From: Azolla caroliniana
Taxonomy: Eukaryota > Plantae > Polypodiophyta
Assembly: GCA_043228905.1 (NCBI GenBank)
Contig: JBHGNT010000003.1
Location: forward strand, 5,022,001-5,086,000
Direction of reading: 5' to 3'
Length of the DNA stretch: 64,000 bases
Both the position numbers and the translations under genes were made by a program. Positions 42,641 through 55,110 of this stretch are shown here, piece by piece. Position 1 is the stretch's first letter. Every line of letters begins with the position of its first letter. Under the pieces are notes generated by a model. That model searched no databases and was not told where the DNA came from. It was given only the letters and a program-made list of their open reading frames with translations.

Positions 42641-43670
42641 TATGAAAAAATGGGCAATGGAATATGAAGTTGAGCTCGAGGGAGTAACAGATGTTTGAGT
42701 GGACAAGAAAGTAGCATGCAACATTAATTGTAATTCCTCAATATTTACCAACAAATCCTCCATTGCAAATGGGACGAGATTTGGTTTAGCAATGCAAATG
42801 AGGAAGCAGTTAAGCCTATTACAGAATCTAATCATGGATTTCCAAGAGGCAGTGACAAACATTATCATAGATATGACAATGCATTATTGTATGATGATAG
42901 GCATTTTCATGTAGAAACTATTAAGTATTAGAATAGCTATGTAGAAAGATTGTAATGGTTTTCTTAGGAAAAGATTGTGTTATGATCTTGTTACAAAAAG
43001 TGTGTCATAATTTTGTAATCCTTACAAGGATGAACTTTTTGTATTTGAAGATTGGTAAACAACTAGCATTATATGTGTAATACAATTCCTACCAATATAA
43101 GCATATCTCAACTCTTAACTTATATGTTACTTGATTATAGTATATATTGTTTTTATGCATATGCATTGGATTACAATCGAAATATATTGTTTCTATATTG
43201 TGATTCCAATATGAAAAGAATATCTCTCTTTATCTCTTTATATGTTCACTAGTACAATATATAAATTTAGAGCTATGGTTAGAGTAAAGTATCATTGTGT
43301 TAGATGGTGTATAGTGTCCTTAATTAGCTTGAAACTTACAATACACGAGTTGCAAGTCATCAATCCATCATTGGCAATCTACATGTCAATACATGAGTTG
43401 CAAATAATCCATCCAAAACTCAAGTTGTATTTTCGTCATAAGCAAGCATTTAGGAACGACCTAGATATTCTTGGTAATGGTAAATAGATTAATTGAAACT
43501 CATAAAAAAGCTTTTGCAAGAACAATAGTAGGTCTTGAGTAAATTTAAAAAATGGATTGAGAAGGCATCATAGCTAGAAAAAACACCATTAATTCCTCAG
43601 TCAATAGAAGAAATAACAAACTCGAAAAATTATAGCAACAACATTTGGTTATGTCGAAGAAAATCAAACA

Positions 43671-46600
43671 ATCTCTGCCACATCCACTTGCGGACTATTA
43701 TAGACACCCATCTAACTCCGGGTTTTTTCTATTTCTATGAGAAGCAGGAAGGGGTGATTGAAGCTCACCGGATAGCCCACAAACTGCACTCATGGATTTG
43801 GGCCATCATCCCATAAGTGAAAATGATTGGATGTCTAAATGGTGAGTGCTCTCTACTCATGACTTGTTGTGAAAAGCATCAGGAAAAACTGGCACTCTCC
43901 CATCCTATTCCATGAGTATGAAAATTGTAACATGGAACGTCCAAGGACTCAGGAGTCGACTAAACCAACAAAAACAGATGGAAACCGAGAAGGGATCTTG
44001 AGGAATATATATTAGGGGGTGCTGTTGACATAATCATGTTGCAGGAACACTACCTCGATAGTACCCGTTCAAAGGAAGTCAGAGACTTTCTACCAGGATC
44101 ATGGCGAACAATTTGGGAGCCAACAGTAGGGGAGGATGGAAATCATGGTGGTATTTGCACTTTGATTCGGGAACATCTAGCCCAAGGCTTAATACATCAA
44201 GAATCACTTATACGTGGTAGGGCACATTTTTGCACGATGGCCATCCAAGGGCAACGCTAGAATTTCATGAATGTTTATTGCTCCAAATAGCAGCACAGAA
44301 AGGGCAACATTCTGGGAGCACATTCGCTTACAAGTAGCAAGTGCGGAGGACTGGTGCATTGGAGGGGATTTTAATATGATTGAATCCCTTCACGATAGCA
44401 CTAGCAACAACCCCGTAGTTATACAAGGAAGGGAACGAAAACAATGGGAGAAGTTATGTCTACACCTTAACCTGAGAGATCTATGGCACTCGGACAACAT
44501 CCAACGAAAAAGGGACTCACTCTTATTCTCCTGATCAGATGGGCGAAATAGTGGACCCACCCTATCTCGCATTGACCACATTTATGTAGGCGGAGCCCTA
44601 GAAGCGAAGGGAGGTTGGTGCCGCATAACTCCAGGCACGACTTTCTCCGACCATTACCCGGTAATTGGTCTCTTTCAATTACACCGAAAGTGGGGCCCAT
44701 TTCAACCTTGAATCCCGCACACTATATACACAATCACAGAGGTGAAGGAACAACTCATCAACCAATTGTCATTGCTGGTCAATGCCTCATTAGCATCTGA
44801 CAAATTTCTAGCTAAATTAACAAGAGCTTCAACTCTACTACACAAGATTGTCAAGACCAGAAGCAAGGAAGCTCAGGAAAAGTGACACAGAACAAAACGG
44901 GAACTAATAGCCTTACAACGACTCCAACAGAGATACCCGACATGTAGTTGGATTGTGGGATAGGTTGTCATGGCCAAACATGAACTCATCATGGCGGAAA
45001 AGACAATCTATGACATGGAGTTTCATGGAAACATGGCTAGATGGATTCGAGTAGGGGACAAATCCACGAGGGAATTCTTCCGATCCAAGGGACTGAGGCA
45101 CGCTAGAACAATGATGCGTAGCCTCAACCGAGAGGATGGAATGATCACTGAGGATGGCGACGAAATGAGGATTATTGCCACGAGGTACTACAAGCGACTA
45201 CTTACTGAAGATAATATGGCCACAAAGGACAACACACGAGAAGATATTATCCTCTAGAGCATACCCGCGAAAGTCATGATGGAAATGAATACATGGCTCG
45301 TGCGTCCCTTATCAAACATCGAGATATGGGAGGCCCTCTCCAATTTGGATGCAGATAGTTGCCCTGGAATCGATGGCCTCACTCCTCACTTTTTCACATG
45401 CCTTTGGGACACTATTAAAGAAAACCTCCTCCAGGCATATGAGGAGATCATCACCTCTGGAAACATGCCGGAGGAATTTGGATAGGGGATGATACATCTC
45501 ATTCCTAAAAGTGGTGGGAGTGCCAACGACATTAGTAACTGGCAACCCATAACTCTTCTCAATATTGTCTATAAGTTGCTTGCAAAAACCGTGGCACGCC
45601 GCTTAGCACCACTCCTCCCTCAACTCATTCATCCATCCCATACAAGTTTCACTAGAAATCGGAGCATCCTAGACAACCTTTTCTCGTTTTGGGAAGCAGT
45701 AGCCCTTGCCAAGCGTACCAACAACAAGGTAGTTGTGGTGCTCCTAGATTTTGAGAAAGCATATGATAGGGTATGCTGGAACTTTCTAGAAAGTGTGATG
45801 GGGAAACTCGGTTTTCAAGAGTCATGGACCAAAGGCATTGTAGGACTTTATAGGAACGCCAACAATTGTGTTTCATTAGTAGGTGAAAGGGGCCTCTTCT
45901 TCCAATTATCGCGGTCTGTACGACAGGGATGCCCACTAGCTCCATCCTTATTTCTATTATACGCTGAAGCACTCTCTAGCTTTCTCAACTCGCGACAACT
46001 AAACCTACGTGGTCTTCGTGTGCCGCATTCTCACCAAAGCCTCCTGGATATAGAATATGCAGATGACACTGCAATCTACCTACAAGGGGACTTGGAAAAT
46101 CTACAAAAGCTAGAAAGTGGTTTAGACGTATTTTGCAAGAGATCCAATGCCATGATCAATTGGCACAAATCCTCTGCAATATGGCTTTCTCATGAAGCAC
46201 ATCCTGCATGGCACCCCCATCCCGCTTTCAAGTGCATCAATCAAGGAGCGAGCACCAAATATTTGGGTTTCCAAATTGGGTTCAACATACCTCCGGAGAC
46301 TATGATTGCACCAATTATTCACTCCATTCGACAAAAGCTGATATATTGGAGTTCGAAAAAACTCTCACTAGTGGGGCGCATCATAGTGGCAAATCAGGTA
46401 TTACTCGCAACAACGTGGTACAACCTATCATGTTGGACAATCTCCAAGGGAAGTATACACCAGATTCAAAAATTGGTATGCAACTACATTTAGTCTGGTA
46501 AGGGAGATCATGTAACTCGGGCCAAGGTGGTGTGGCCTATCTCACATCAACCTAAGTCGAGAGGAGGACTGGGTCTTATTGATCCCCTCTCACAATCAAA

Positions 46601-48269
46601 AGCCCTACTCACCAAACTTGTGGTGCAAGGACTCCAACCAAGGAATGATTGCTGGAAAATGTTGTTGTAGTTACGATTCGCTTACTTTAAGCCAAAAAAA
46701 GGGGCCAATTGGGACCCCCAAACTGGATGGATTTTAAACATGGAGCTCAAACCTAGTTTCTCCCGTCAATTGGAGGATAGATTCAATGCATCCATGTGGA
46801 AGGCGTGGTGTGACATTAGACGAGGGCTCAAGTGCGATAAACCTAACTCTAAACCTGCTTGGCTTAGTCAACATATCCTATGGAACCCATGTATCAGAGA
46901 TGAATCTAATCAATTAATTGGATTAAGTAAGGGGTTTTCATGGGGATACATTGCGGAAGGTCTAGGAAAAAGTATAGAATGTTGGAGACGGTTTGTGTCA
47001 TTGCCAATACAAGACCAATCCAACATACTCCATGGAATCAGGAGCCGATGGGTTATGAGATCTAAATCATCAATGCTTTACTGATTAGGGAAGTTGCTCA
47101 TCAAAGGACGACAATAGAGAAATGGATAGGCTACGAGGAGGAGGGTTCTTTGATCCCAAGAGGTGGGGAAACACCAGACAGGATCACAAGCTTTGAATTG
47201 CAAGAGAATGAGACACCAACACAGAATAAGGCAATTCGAGTACTAGTGTATACTGGGCATAAATGGATTGTAGATCCTGATCCTGTCGAAGTACAACCAG
47301 ATAGGCACATATGTACTCACGAAAACAGATGGCTACGTAAGGTTAGTTGGGACCCTTTGCAATGGACATGGCATGATCCTTACGCGGGGCAAGGAAGCAA
47401 ACCCATGCCTTTTTTTCAATTCACAACTAGATTGGGTCACCATATTCTAGTTGCTCAAACCGCCCGAGAGCCGGCTACTACAAAGGTCTGACATGCATAT
47501 CAGGTTCCTCACACAACTATCACCAAGTTTTGGAAAAAAATCTGGAAACAACAACATGCACGGCGAATCACCACTTTCCAATGGCTGTTAATACATAGGT
47601 CACTACCGGTTGGTGCATGGCAGCGTGGGAACCCTACCTCTCCTAATTGTGTAGTGTGCCCCAATGCAATAGAATCAATCCGACACGCTTTGTGGGACTG
47701 CCCAGAGGCCCATCGAATATGGCAGGGGGTTGGCTGCTTATTGCAATTATGCCAAGTGCAAGGCTTAATCATGTTGGGAAATATATGTTGGCTATCATGG
47801 CAGGCCCCAATTGACAGATACGAGCATCAGGAGGGGATGACTTTGGTGATAAAAGCACAAGAGGTTTTTTTCTCCACCATCGACAATGTCCACTTAACTC
47901 CCATCAATGCCAAATCTCAAGTTGTGTTGGAGTTGGTCAGTCCAATAACTCTTTGGACTCTATGGAAACAACGGTGCAGACAAGTCTTCTCCAACCAAAC
48001 CGCGTCGCCAATAGTGTTAATGCAAGAGATATAGTGAAGTTGTAACCACTCTAAAAAGCCAATATGATGGCCTCAAGGGCAACTCTGATGGAATTGAAAG
48101 ACAATGACTAACCTTCATCCAACAATGGTTGACCTCCCCCTTTATTGAGTTGGTGGGCATCCACATAAGGTGGACCTATCGTGTTCCTCTAGGGATTTGT
48201 ATATATTAATCTCATATGTAACATTTTATAACTAATGGAAGTAGTTTTTTTTGGAAAGACGAAGAAGAA
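43671..48269 (+). mobile_element. L1-clade LINE, ORF2 nearly full length but disrupted (APE endonuclease, RT, CCHC finger), 5'-truncated
   Basis: 15-bp TSD GAAGAAAATCAAACA (43656-43670 / 48270-48284). APE motifs: MKIVTWNVQG, MLQE, GGDFN, SRIDH, FSDH. RT motifs: PGIDG, LLDFEKAYDRV, VRQGCPLAP, YADD, KYLG. Zinc finger CVVC...ESIRHALWDC and a (GAA)n tail. Confidence 0.95.
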
Positions 48270-49553
48270 GAAGAAAATCAAACAGTCAAGCAACCATTCG
48301 AAAAGACTACCACAAACATAGAGATTTTGAGAAAACCAAGACTTTGAAGTGATAACTGTAAACAACATTTGAAGAAACAATTCACAAACACTAGCAAGCA
48401 ACTAGAAAGAATAATTGGGCAAGAAAAAACTAAAAGTTTGAATAACCACACCAAGCAAATTGAAGGATCGAAACATGAAAAATATAACAATCATGCAATA
48501 ACATTAATTTGAAATATAAATCCCGGTGTAATTTTCCCACATTTAAAGGAAAATACAAATCCCAACATCCATGTGGCAAGCTTTGAAACCAAAAGGAGAG
48601 CCAAAGATTTGATCAAACACCTAATAGAACACAAAGAAAATACAACTTTTAAAGCATCGTTAGAAGGTGAGACTTGGGTTGGCTAATATCAACGAGGGCA
48701 AACATCACAAACTTACATAGAGTAATTTAATGATATCAAAAGAAATCCCACTTGGAAAAAACAGTTGATGGTACCACAACAATGCCAAAAAAGATTACAG
48801 AGATAATTTGTGAGAAGATTATAACCAAGCATACAATAATTAACCAACTACATAACACCAAAAGACAAGCTTGTCTACTCTATGTTAAAAGACAATTTTT
48901 ATTAGTGGTTGTAGGGGTTTAAAGAGATATTATTCTTTGATCAAGTTTATTATTTGGGGTTGAATTCTCGACCCTCTTGAAAGTGAGACAAACAAAGGAT
49001 GTTGCAAGATTCCTATGAGCTTCGACAACCTTTCTACAGACTTTAGAGTATGAAAGACATCTAACTAGAGATTGTGTTGTCAACTTAATTACTTGTTTTG
49101 TTTGCAGTCAAAGAGGTGGAATACTTGTGGATTGATCTTTGGCATGAAAAAGAAAGGTTGTGCTCTTAATTCAAGTACTTGGTTTGTTTAGGGATCAAAG
49201 GGGTGGGAAATATAGTTGATGCTCAGCCTTGGAGATTTTTGGACTTTGTTGAGGTGCAATTATTGCTATGCTTCCCACCCAATTATGGGTTTATCTAGTA
49301 GCACTTACAAAATGTAACATTGATAGGGTCAAACATAGTGTTTAAAATGATGATTAATCCCTTGTACCATTTTTTATTAGATTGTTATTATCTAAGAATG
49401 AACAAGATTGGAAAGGTTAATAACTTAGATTATATATACTTGCAGAAGCTCGAGAAGGCACTATGTGAGTTCATTATTATGGTTTACTTCTATAATGTTC
49501 ATTTATCGGAGTTGATAAATATTACTAGATGGGGGATCAAGAGTAAAAAATCC

Positions 49554-49792
49554 CACCTCCCACCCTCCTTCCGTTCAAGGCTAGAAGATTGGGGTCTTGT
49601 TGGGCGGCGATGATTGTCACTAGTTTATAGCTCTAGCTACCTACTTACATTAAGTAGAAAGTAAGAGAGGATATGTACGTAGTCTCATATTCTTGAACTC
49701 GGTCGGGGGGTGATTCCCCAATTTCTTGTATAGTCTTTCGGTAAAAATCTCTCCTAACTAATGGGAAAGTAACTCTTTTTTTGGAAAAAAAG
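49554..49792 (+). mobile_element. Short 5'-truncated LINE
   Basis: 14-bp TSD AGAGTAAAAAATCC (49540-49553 / 49793-49806). Shares ~150 bp with 40950-41118. Confidence 0.85.
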
Positions 49793-49869
49793 AGAGTAAA
49801 AAATCCTTTGGAAAATAATTCTTGAAGTTAGAATAAACTTCATTTCATATCATATTGGTTGAGCCATTC

Positions 49870-49948
49870 TAACATAGCATTGGAGTAAAAAGTCGTGATA
49901 ACATAGCATTGGAGTAAAAAGTCGTGATAACATAGCATTGGAGTAAAA
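49870..49948. repeat. 28-bp tandem repeat, about 2.8 copies
   Basis: AACATAGCATTGGAGTAAAAAGTCGTGAT repeated head to tail. Confidence 0.9.
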
Positions 49949-50281
49949 TTACCAATGATTTGATGCTTAGAGTATACCCTTCACATAACATTGGAGAGGA
50001 AAAGTTGAAAAAGGAAATTGTCCATGCTTCTAGTCTTTGACGTTAACATTGGTAGTGTCATTAACCAATATCGTGTCCTAATTCTAGTTATTGCAATCAT
50101 GCACTTACTTCTAGGAACATAACAAAATCAAACATATATGTATCAATAAGATGTACAAAACAAAGATCCAATGAATTCTCATAAAACAATGAGCTTAGAG
50201 ATAGGAATATATGATAATGCCTACCAAAAGATGAAACATGTATATCAAACCAAATAACAAAGATCCAAAAGATTGGTGATA

Positions 50282-50654
50282 GTTGACGCGAGTGAAGAAG
50301 CTAGATACCGGTTCCTTCTGAAATGGAGAGGTTCTCTGATGCTATAGATGGTGGATGGCAATGGAAAGTGGATTTATCAGTCACCCCGATGGCTGTTTCC
50401 TCCGAGGGTACCAAACATAGAGGTGGGTGTTGAAATGTGAACAGATTGGAGGATGTCTTTGCTGAATGTGGGTTGTGTGAGGCTCATGTTGAGGGGATTC
50501 TGTCGAGTAATACTGTGTTGAGGCTTTGTTGCTTCATTTATACATGTTGTTTTCTTGTAGCCATGCAAATTGGCTTGTAACATATGAGTTGTAAATTATC
50601 CTATGTACTTTTTCTTAACTAATGGAAGTAGTAATTTTTTTGGGAAAAAAGAAG
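50282..50654 (+). mobile_element. 5'-truncated LINE with ORF2 C-terminus and 3' UTR
   Basis: 13-bp TSD AAGATTGGTGATA (50269-50281 / 50655-50667). Translation EEARYRFLLKWRGS...KWIYQSPRW parallels IERQ*LTFIQQWLTS...RWTYRVP at the end of the large LINE. Confidence 0.85.
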
Positions 50655-51972
50655 AAGATTGGTGATAAGCAAACACAAGTTAAAAACAAGTCCAAAATTT
50701 TGAGCATTTAGTCCAATGGGCAAATTAAATCACATAGATAAAGGTATATCTCGGGTAAATAACAAAAACAAAATCATGAGGAGACCCATAATGAGACATA
50801 AAGTTATCATTTTTTACGAGACATTATGGGTAAAAGGATTATGCAACCAAGCCTATGGTGCCCTCGATTACTAAAAACACTCTCACTATCATGCCAAAGA
50901 ATGTGTCAACTACCAAAGGACGAGACAACTCAACTCATCAAACACAAAGGAAGACCGTCCAATCTATTTTATGGAAAAGGACTATAATCATGTTCTTGAG
51001 AAAACGATGTAATGTTCTTCCTAGGAAAAGAGTGTAAGTTTCTCTACTCCTTTGTAAAGGAGATTTTTATGTCTTTGAGTATTGGTAAACAACTAACCAA
51101 ATCTGTGTACTAGACTTCTCATTAAGATAAGCACATGTCAACTCTTATCTTTGAATACTTTTATTCTATATTTTGTGCTTTGCAATGTGAGTAAATTATT
51201 TCAGTTTATTATATATTATATGTAATTTGAATACAGTGTCGCCACTAACACGGTATCAGAGTACAATTTATGCATTGGGAACAATGATTAGTTTAAAATT
51301 TGATAGTGTTAGATAATTTTTGGTGTCTCGAAGTAGCTTGAGAACTATGATACAATAGTTACAAAGCAACCCCTCAATAATTGGTTGGGTTATGTTTAGG
51401 TTTATGTATAGATTTAGGCTAGTTTAGTGTCCTGGTAGGTGTTTAGAGTTGGATCATGGTTAGGGTTAGGGCTTTTGTAAATGTTGAAGTATACATTTAT
51501 TTGTAGTCTTGGTTTTACGTAACGTTCTCAAGTAATGTGTTCTTTTGTTGTTTAAGATGTTTTTGGTTCACCTTAAAAGTTTATTTGCATGTTCCAAAAG
51601 ATTCTTTGGTCTTTTTCTACGAGGGTGTTAGTCTTTCACACAATTGTAAAATGGGTTATTTTCGTCACTTCTATAGGCATTTCTATTTTGCAGTTGAAAA
51701 TCTATGAAAATGCCATTTTGTCAAAAAAACACTCAAAATGTGTTGGGAAAGATCCTTGAAATGGACCCCCCTCATTATCACCACATTTATTGTCTATCCG
51801 TTTGGCATTAAATAAATTGAGCATGCATGTTTCCGGCCATTTACCAAAGAATCTTTGACGATGATTGAAGAGATTTAGTAGATTTAATAATTATTCGTTT
51901 TCGTGTAGGCTGTAACTAATAACTCTTTCTTGTTGAAAACAAATGTACATGATACTTCACTAGACTAAATAG

Positions 51973-52552
51973 TAGGGATCGGCAACGGTTCGGTTCAGGC
52001 TTAGCCAAGCCAAACAAGCTAAGCCTAAACCGTTTACGGGATCTCAAACCTGAGCCGAGTTGGTTCACAAACCGGTTTGGTAAACAGCTTGAAAACCGGT
52101 TTAGAAACCCCCCCCCCCTCTCTCTCTCTACCTCCCCCTCTCTCTCAGATGATCCACTATATACTATATACTATACATTGTACAAGCTCTCCCTCCCACT
52201 CTCTCTCACGTCTATGGTCTCGACTCTCTCCCTCTCTCTCTCTCTCCATCCTCTGTGTAGTTTCTCTCTCTCTCTCTCTCCTTATATATTGTCTCCCTCC
52301 CTCCCTCTCTCTCTCTCCTTATATGTTGTCTCCCTCCCTCTCTCTCTCTCTCCCATCGTCTATTCAGTCTCCCTCACTCTCTCTCTCTCTCTCTTGCCCC
52401 TTGTCTATTGTCTCTCTCCCCCTCTCTCTAAAGTTTATAAACGGTTTAGCCGGCTTGAGCTGCAACGGCTCGGCTCAAGCCAAGCCGAGCCTAGCCGCTA
52501 AGCCGGCTAAGCCAAACAGTTTAGGCTTGAGCCGAGCCGTTGCCGATCCCTA
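51973..52552. mobile_element. hAT-type non-autonomous element (MITE), copy 2
   Basis: Perfect 16-bp TIR TAGGGATCGGCAACGG ... CCGTTGCCGATCCCTA and 8-bp TSD CTAAATAG (51965-51972 / 52553-52560). Confidence 0.93.
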
Positions 52553-55110
52553 CTAAATAGGTGGAATCACTACTCAAGATTGCTATAATTAAGGAGTGCT
52601 CGGTACTAAACTTGATAGAGACACCAATTATCTCAAACCAATAGTTCACAATTTGAACCAAGGTCCAAGAAATAACCTCTCATATGAAGGACCAAGTAAA
52701 ATGTGTGGGTGAAGACCATGGTGTATGTTGATCATATATTTATACATGATACCAGATGGCATAATTAAGGTGCTTGGGATTGAACTTTATTTAAACACCA
52801 ATTATCTCAAATGAATAGCGCATGATTTGAACTAAGAAATTGACTCTCATATGAATGATGAAGATAAACATGTTGGCAAAGACCAAGTTGTATGTTTGAA
52901 CATGACTAGAAGTTTCATGTTCACCTTGCTATGAGAATGTAATCTATGGAATTAATTTTCTATTATCAATGTTATTGAAGGAGTATATATCAATGAACTA
53001 ATGAATCAGTCAAACAATGAATGTTGAGAAGCTGTAACAAAATTTCAACTAGTCGTGTAATTAAAACCAATATACCATTAATGAGCCCAACAATTGATGG
53101 GGGTCTTTGAGAACTAATGTATTTATGAATATCAATAGGATAAATCACGAGATGTTGACAAATAATTACCGTGTAATCCTATCATATACGAATATTTGAC
53201 AAGCCATTCAACAATTGAGAGAGGGATTGGCTAATTGACAACCACAAAGTTATGAATTAGTATTTAAAGCTTCATCACTAGACATACACGAGTATTGAGT
53301 CCATTCATTCATAGGGAACACATTTGTCCTCTTGGAAAGCGAGTAATATAACAAAGATCTAATGTGTACATTAAACTTCTTCAAGATTTTGTATGTTATC
53401 GAGGAAACAAAAGTCCAATTACCTTTTTGGTTGCGGTGTACCTAGAGATGCAATAGTCCAAAAAATCATATATTTCTCATAATATGTTGTTGGTCATTTG
53501 ATGTACATCTACTGATGTTGTATGACTTTATGAATTCTGGCTGCAAACTTTTCAAACTACTTTCGAGGAGATAATTGTAAATCTTATCGACATTCTCATC
53601 GAGTCATTGCATACAAATAGTGTCTAGTTTTTCTAAATTTTTGCGATACCCATTATCCGCGATATTATGCACAAGGGAGTTTTGAACCCATTACAACATG
53701 ACTTAACCATTAAATATCCATTATGTCGAAATACCATCTTACAACCATGTGTCCCTCACCAATGTTAGGAGGTTTGGATTGTTCCTACATACCAAAACGC
53801 ATGGAAGGCTTGGCTCAAGCAAGGCGAAGGAATAAACCCAAAGAGATAGAGAGCGCAATGACAATGGAGATTAAATGGAAAATGCCAAGTATTGTGAAAA
53901 AGATTAGAAAAATGATCATAAAATATTTTAAATATTACTAATTTTGTCCATACTTCATTTTTTTTCAAGGATATAATTTTTTTTAATACATGTATTTCAA
54001 AATCTGTAAAAGTAATGCTAACTTTTTTATAATATATGAAGTTCATGGTGTGTAGTTTTATTCATGACACCAAACAACTATGTTATTTTAAATGATTTAA
54101 GTAATCACAATAACTAGAAACAATATTTGTGTTTACGAGCAATAGAAACAAATCTCCCACAAGAAAGTATTTGGTGCACTAGTTTTGACAATGTTCTACT
54201 GTAGATCAAATGGGTTGTCCCCTAGGAACTAGTTGCCACTTTTTTTATTGGTATCTTGGGCATTTACTCTTAGCTACCGGAATTGATGCTACAAAGAGGC
54301 TCACTCCCTATTAACTTTGCTAGCATTGATAATATGTTGAGAATTGAACACTTTTTTTATACAATGCATGTAATTGTATACAAGTAGATACACATTCTAT
54401 GTTTGTATCAACTATATATAAAGATTTGGACAAGACATTGTATTGAAGTTTTTATTGGGTTCCAAACGCAATGCCTAGTGCATGAGGCATCTCAAGACAA
54501 AATTGAAAACAAAATGCAAAAACAACGAGTTCCTGAATTTCTTTTGGAGAGCTTATCGAATATGCGGAAGAACTTACACACATCTACAATGACAAAGAGG
54601 TTAATAGAAAGTACACTATCATATACATCCATGGAGAACACTTTGGGTTCTTGACTTCCAACATATCAAAGTCTCGTAACTTGGCCCTTTTGGATGTGCT
54701 AAAGAAATCCACATTGTAATGCATGCAAATAACATGCTTTAATGGATAGGTTACATAGCTAGGCATGCATGGGAATCTAGGAGGCAAAATGTGTGTAATA
54801 GAATGGTAGTACCCTAGAGAGGAGGAACAATTAGTTGAATTCATGAATCATGATGGGAAGGGTAGAAATTTTCCATAAAACAAGGTTGGCTTTGAAGTCA
54901 TCTTACTAAAACATAGAGATGTTGACTTAGAAAATATGATTTGCAATAGTGACATTTGGTGCAAAGAGGAATTTGAAGAGATGGGGTCAAAGATTTGTGA
55001 GAAAGATATGTAGAAGTACCCGACTAGAGGAACTGAAAACAACAAGTCAACAAGATATGCAAAGTACATAAAATAACAGGTTTTACGTGGAAACCCTAAA
55101 CAGGGAAAAC

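Larger units (their letters stand above)
42900..51262 (+). mobile_element. Old degenerate LTR-retrotransposon sequence hosting three of the LINE insertions
   Basis: Related LTR-like blocks at ~42960-43130 and ~51015-51150 (TAGGAAAAGA...ATTGGTAAACAACTA...TAAGCA.AT.TCAACTCTTA), with a PBS-like GGTATCAGAG at 51252. Boundaries uncertain; may be two separate elements. Confidence 0.4.

Noticed and set aside
52077-52556. Ser/Leu-rich 159-aa ORF
   Set aside because: It is the translation of the CT core of the hAT MITE.
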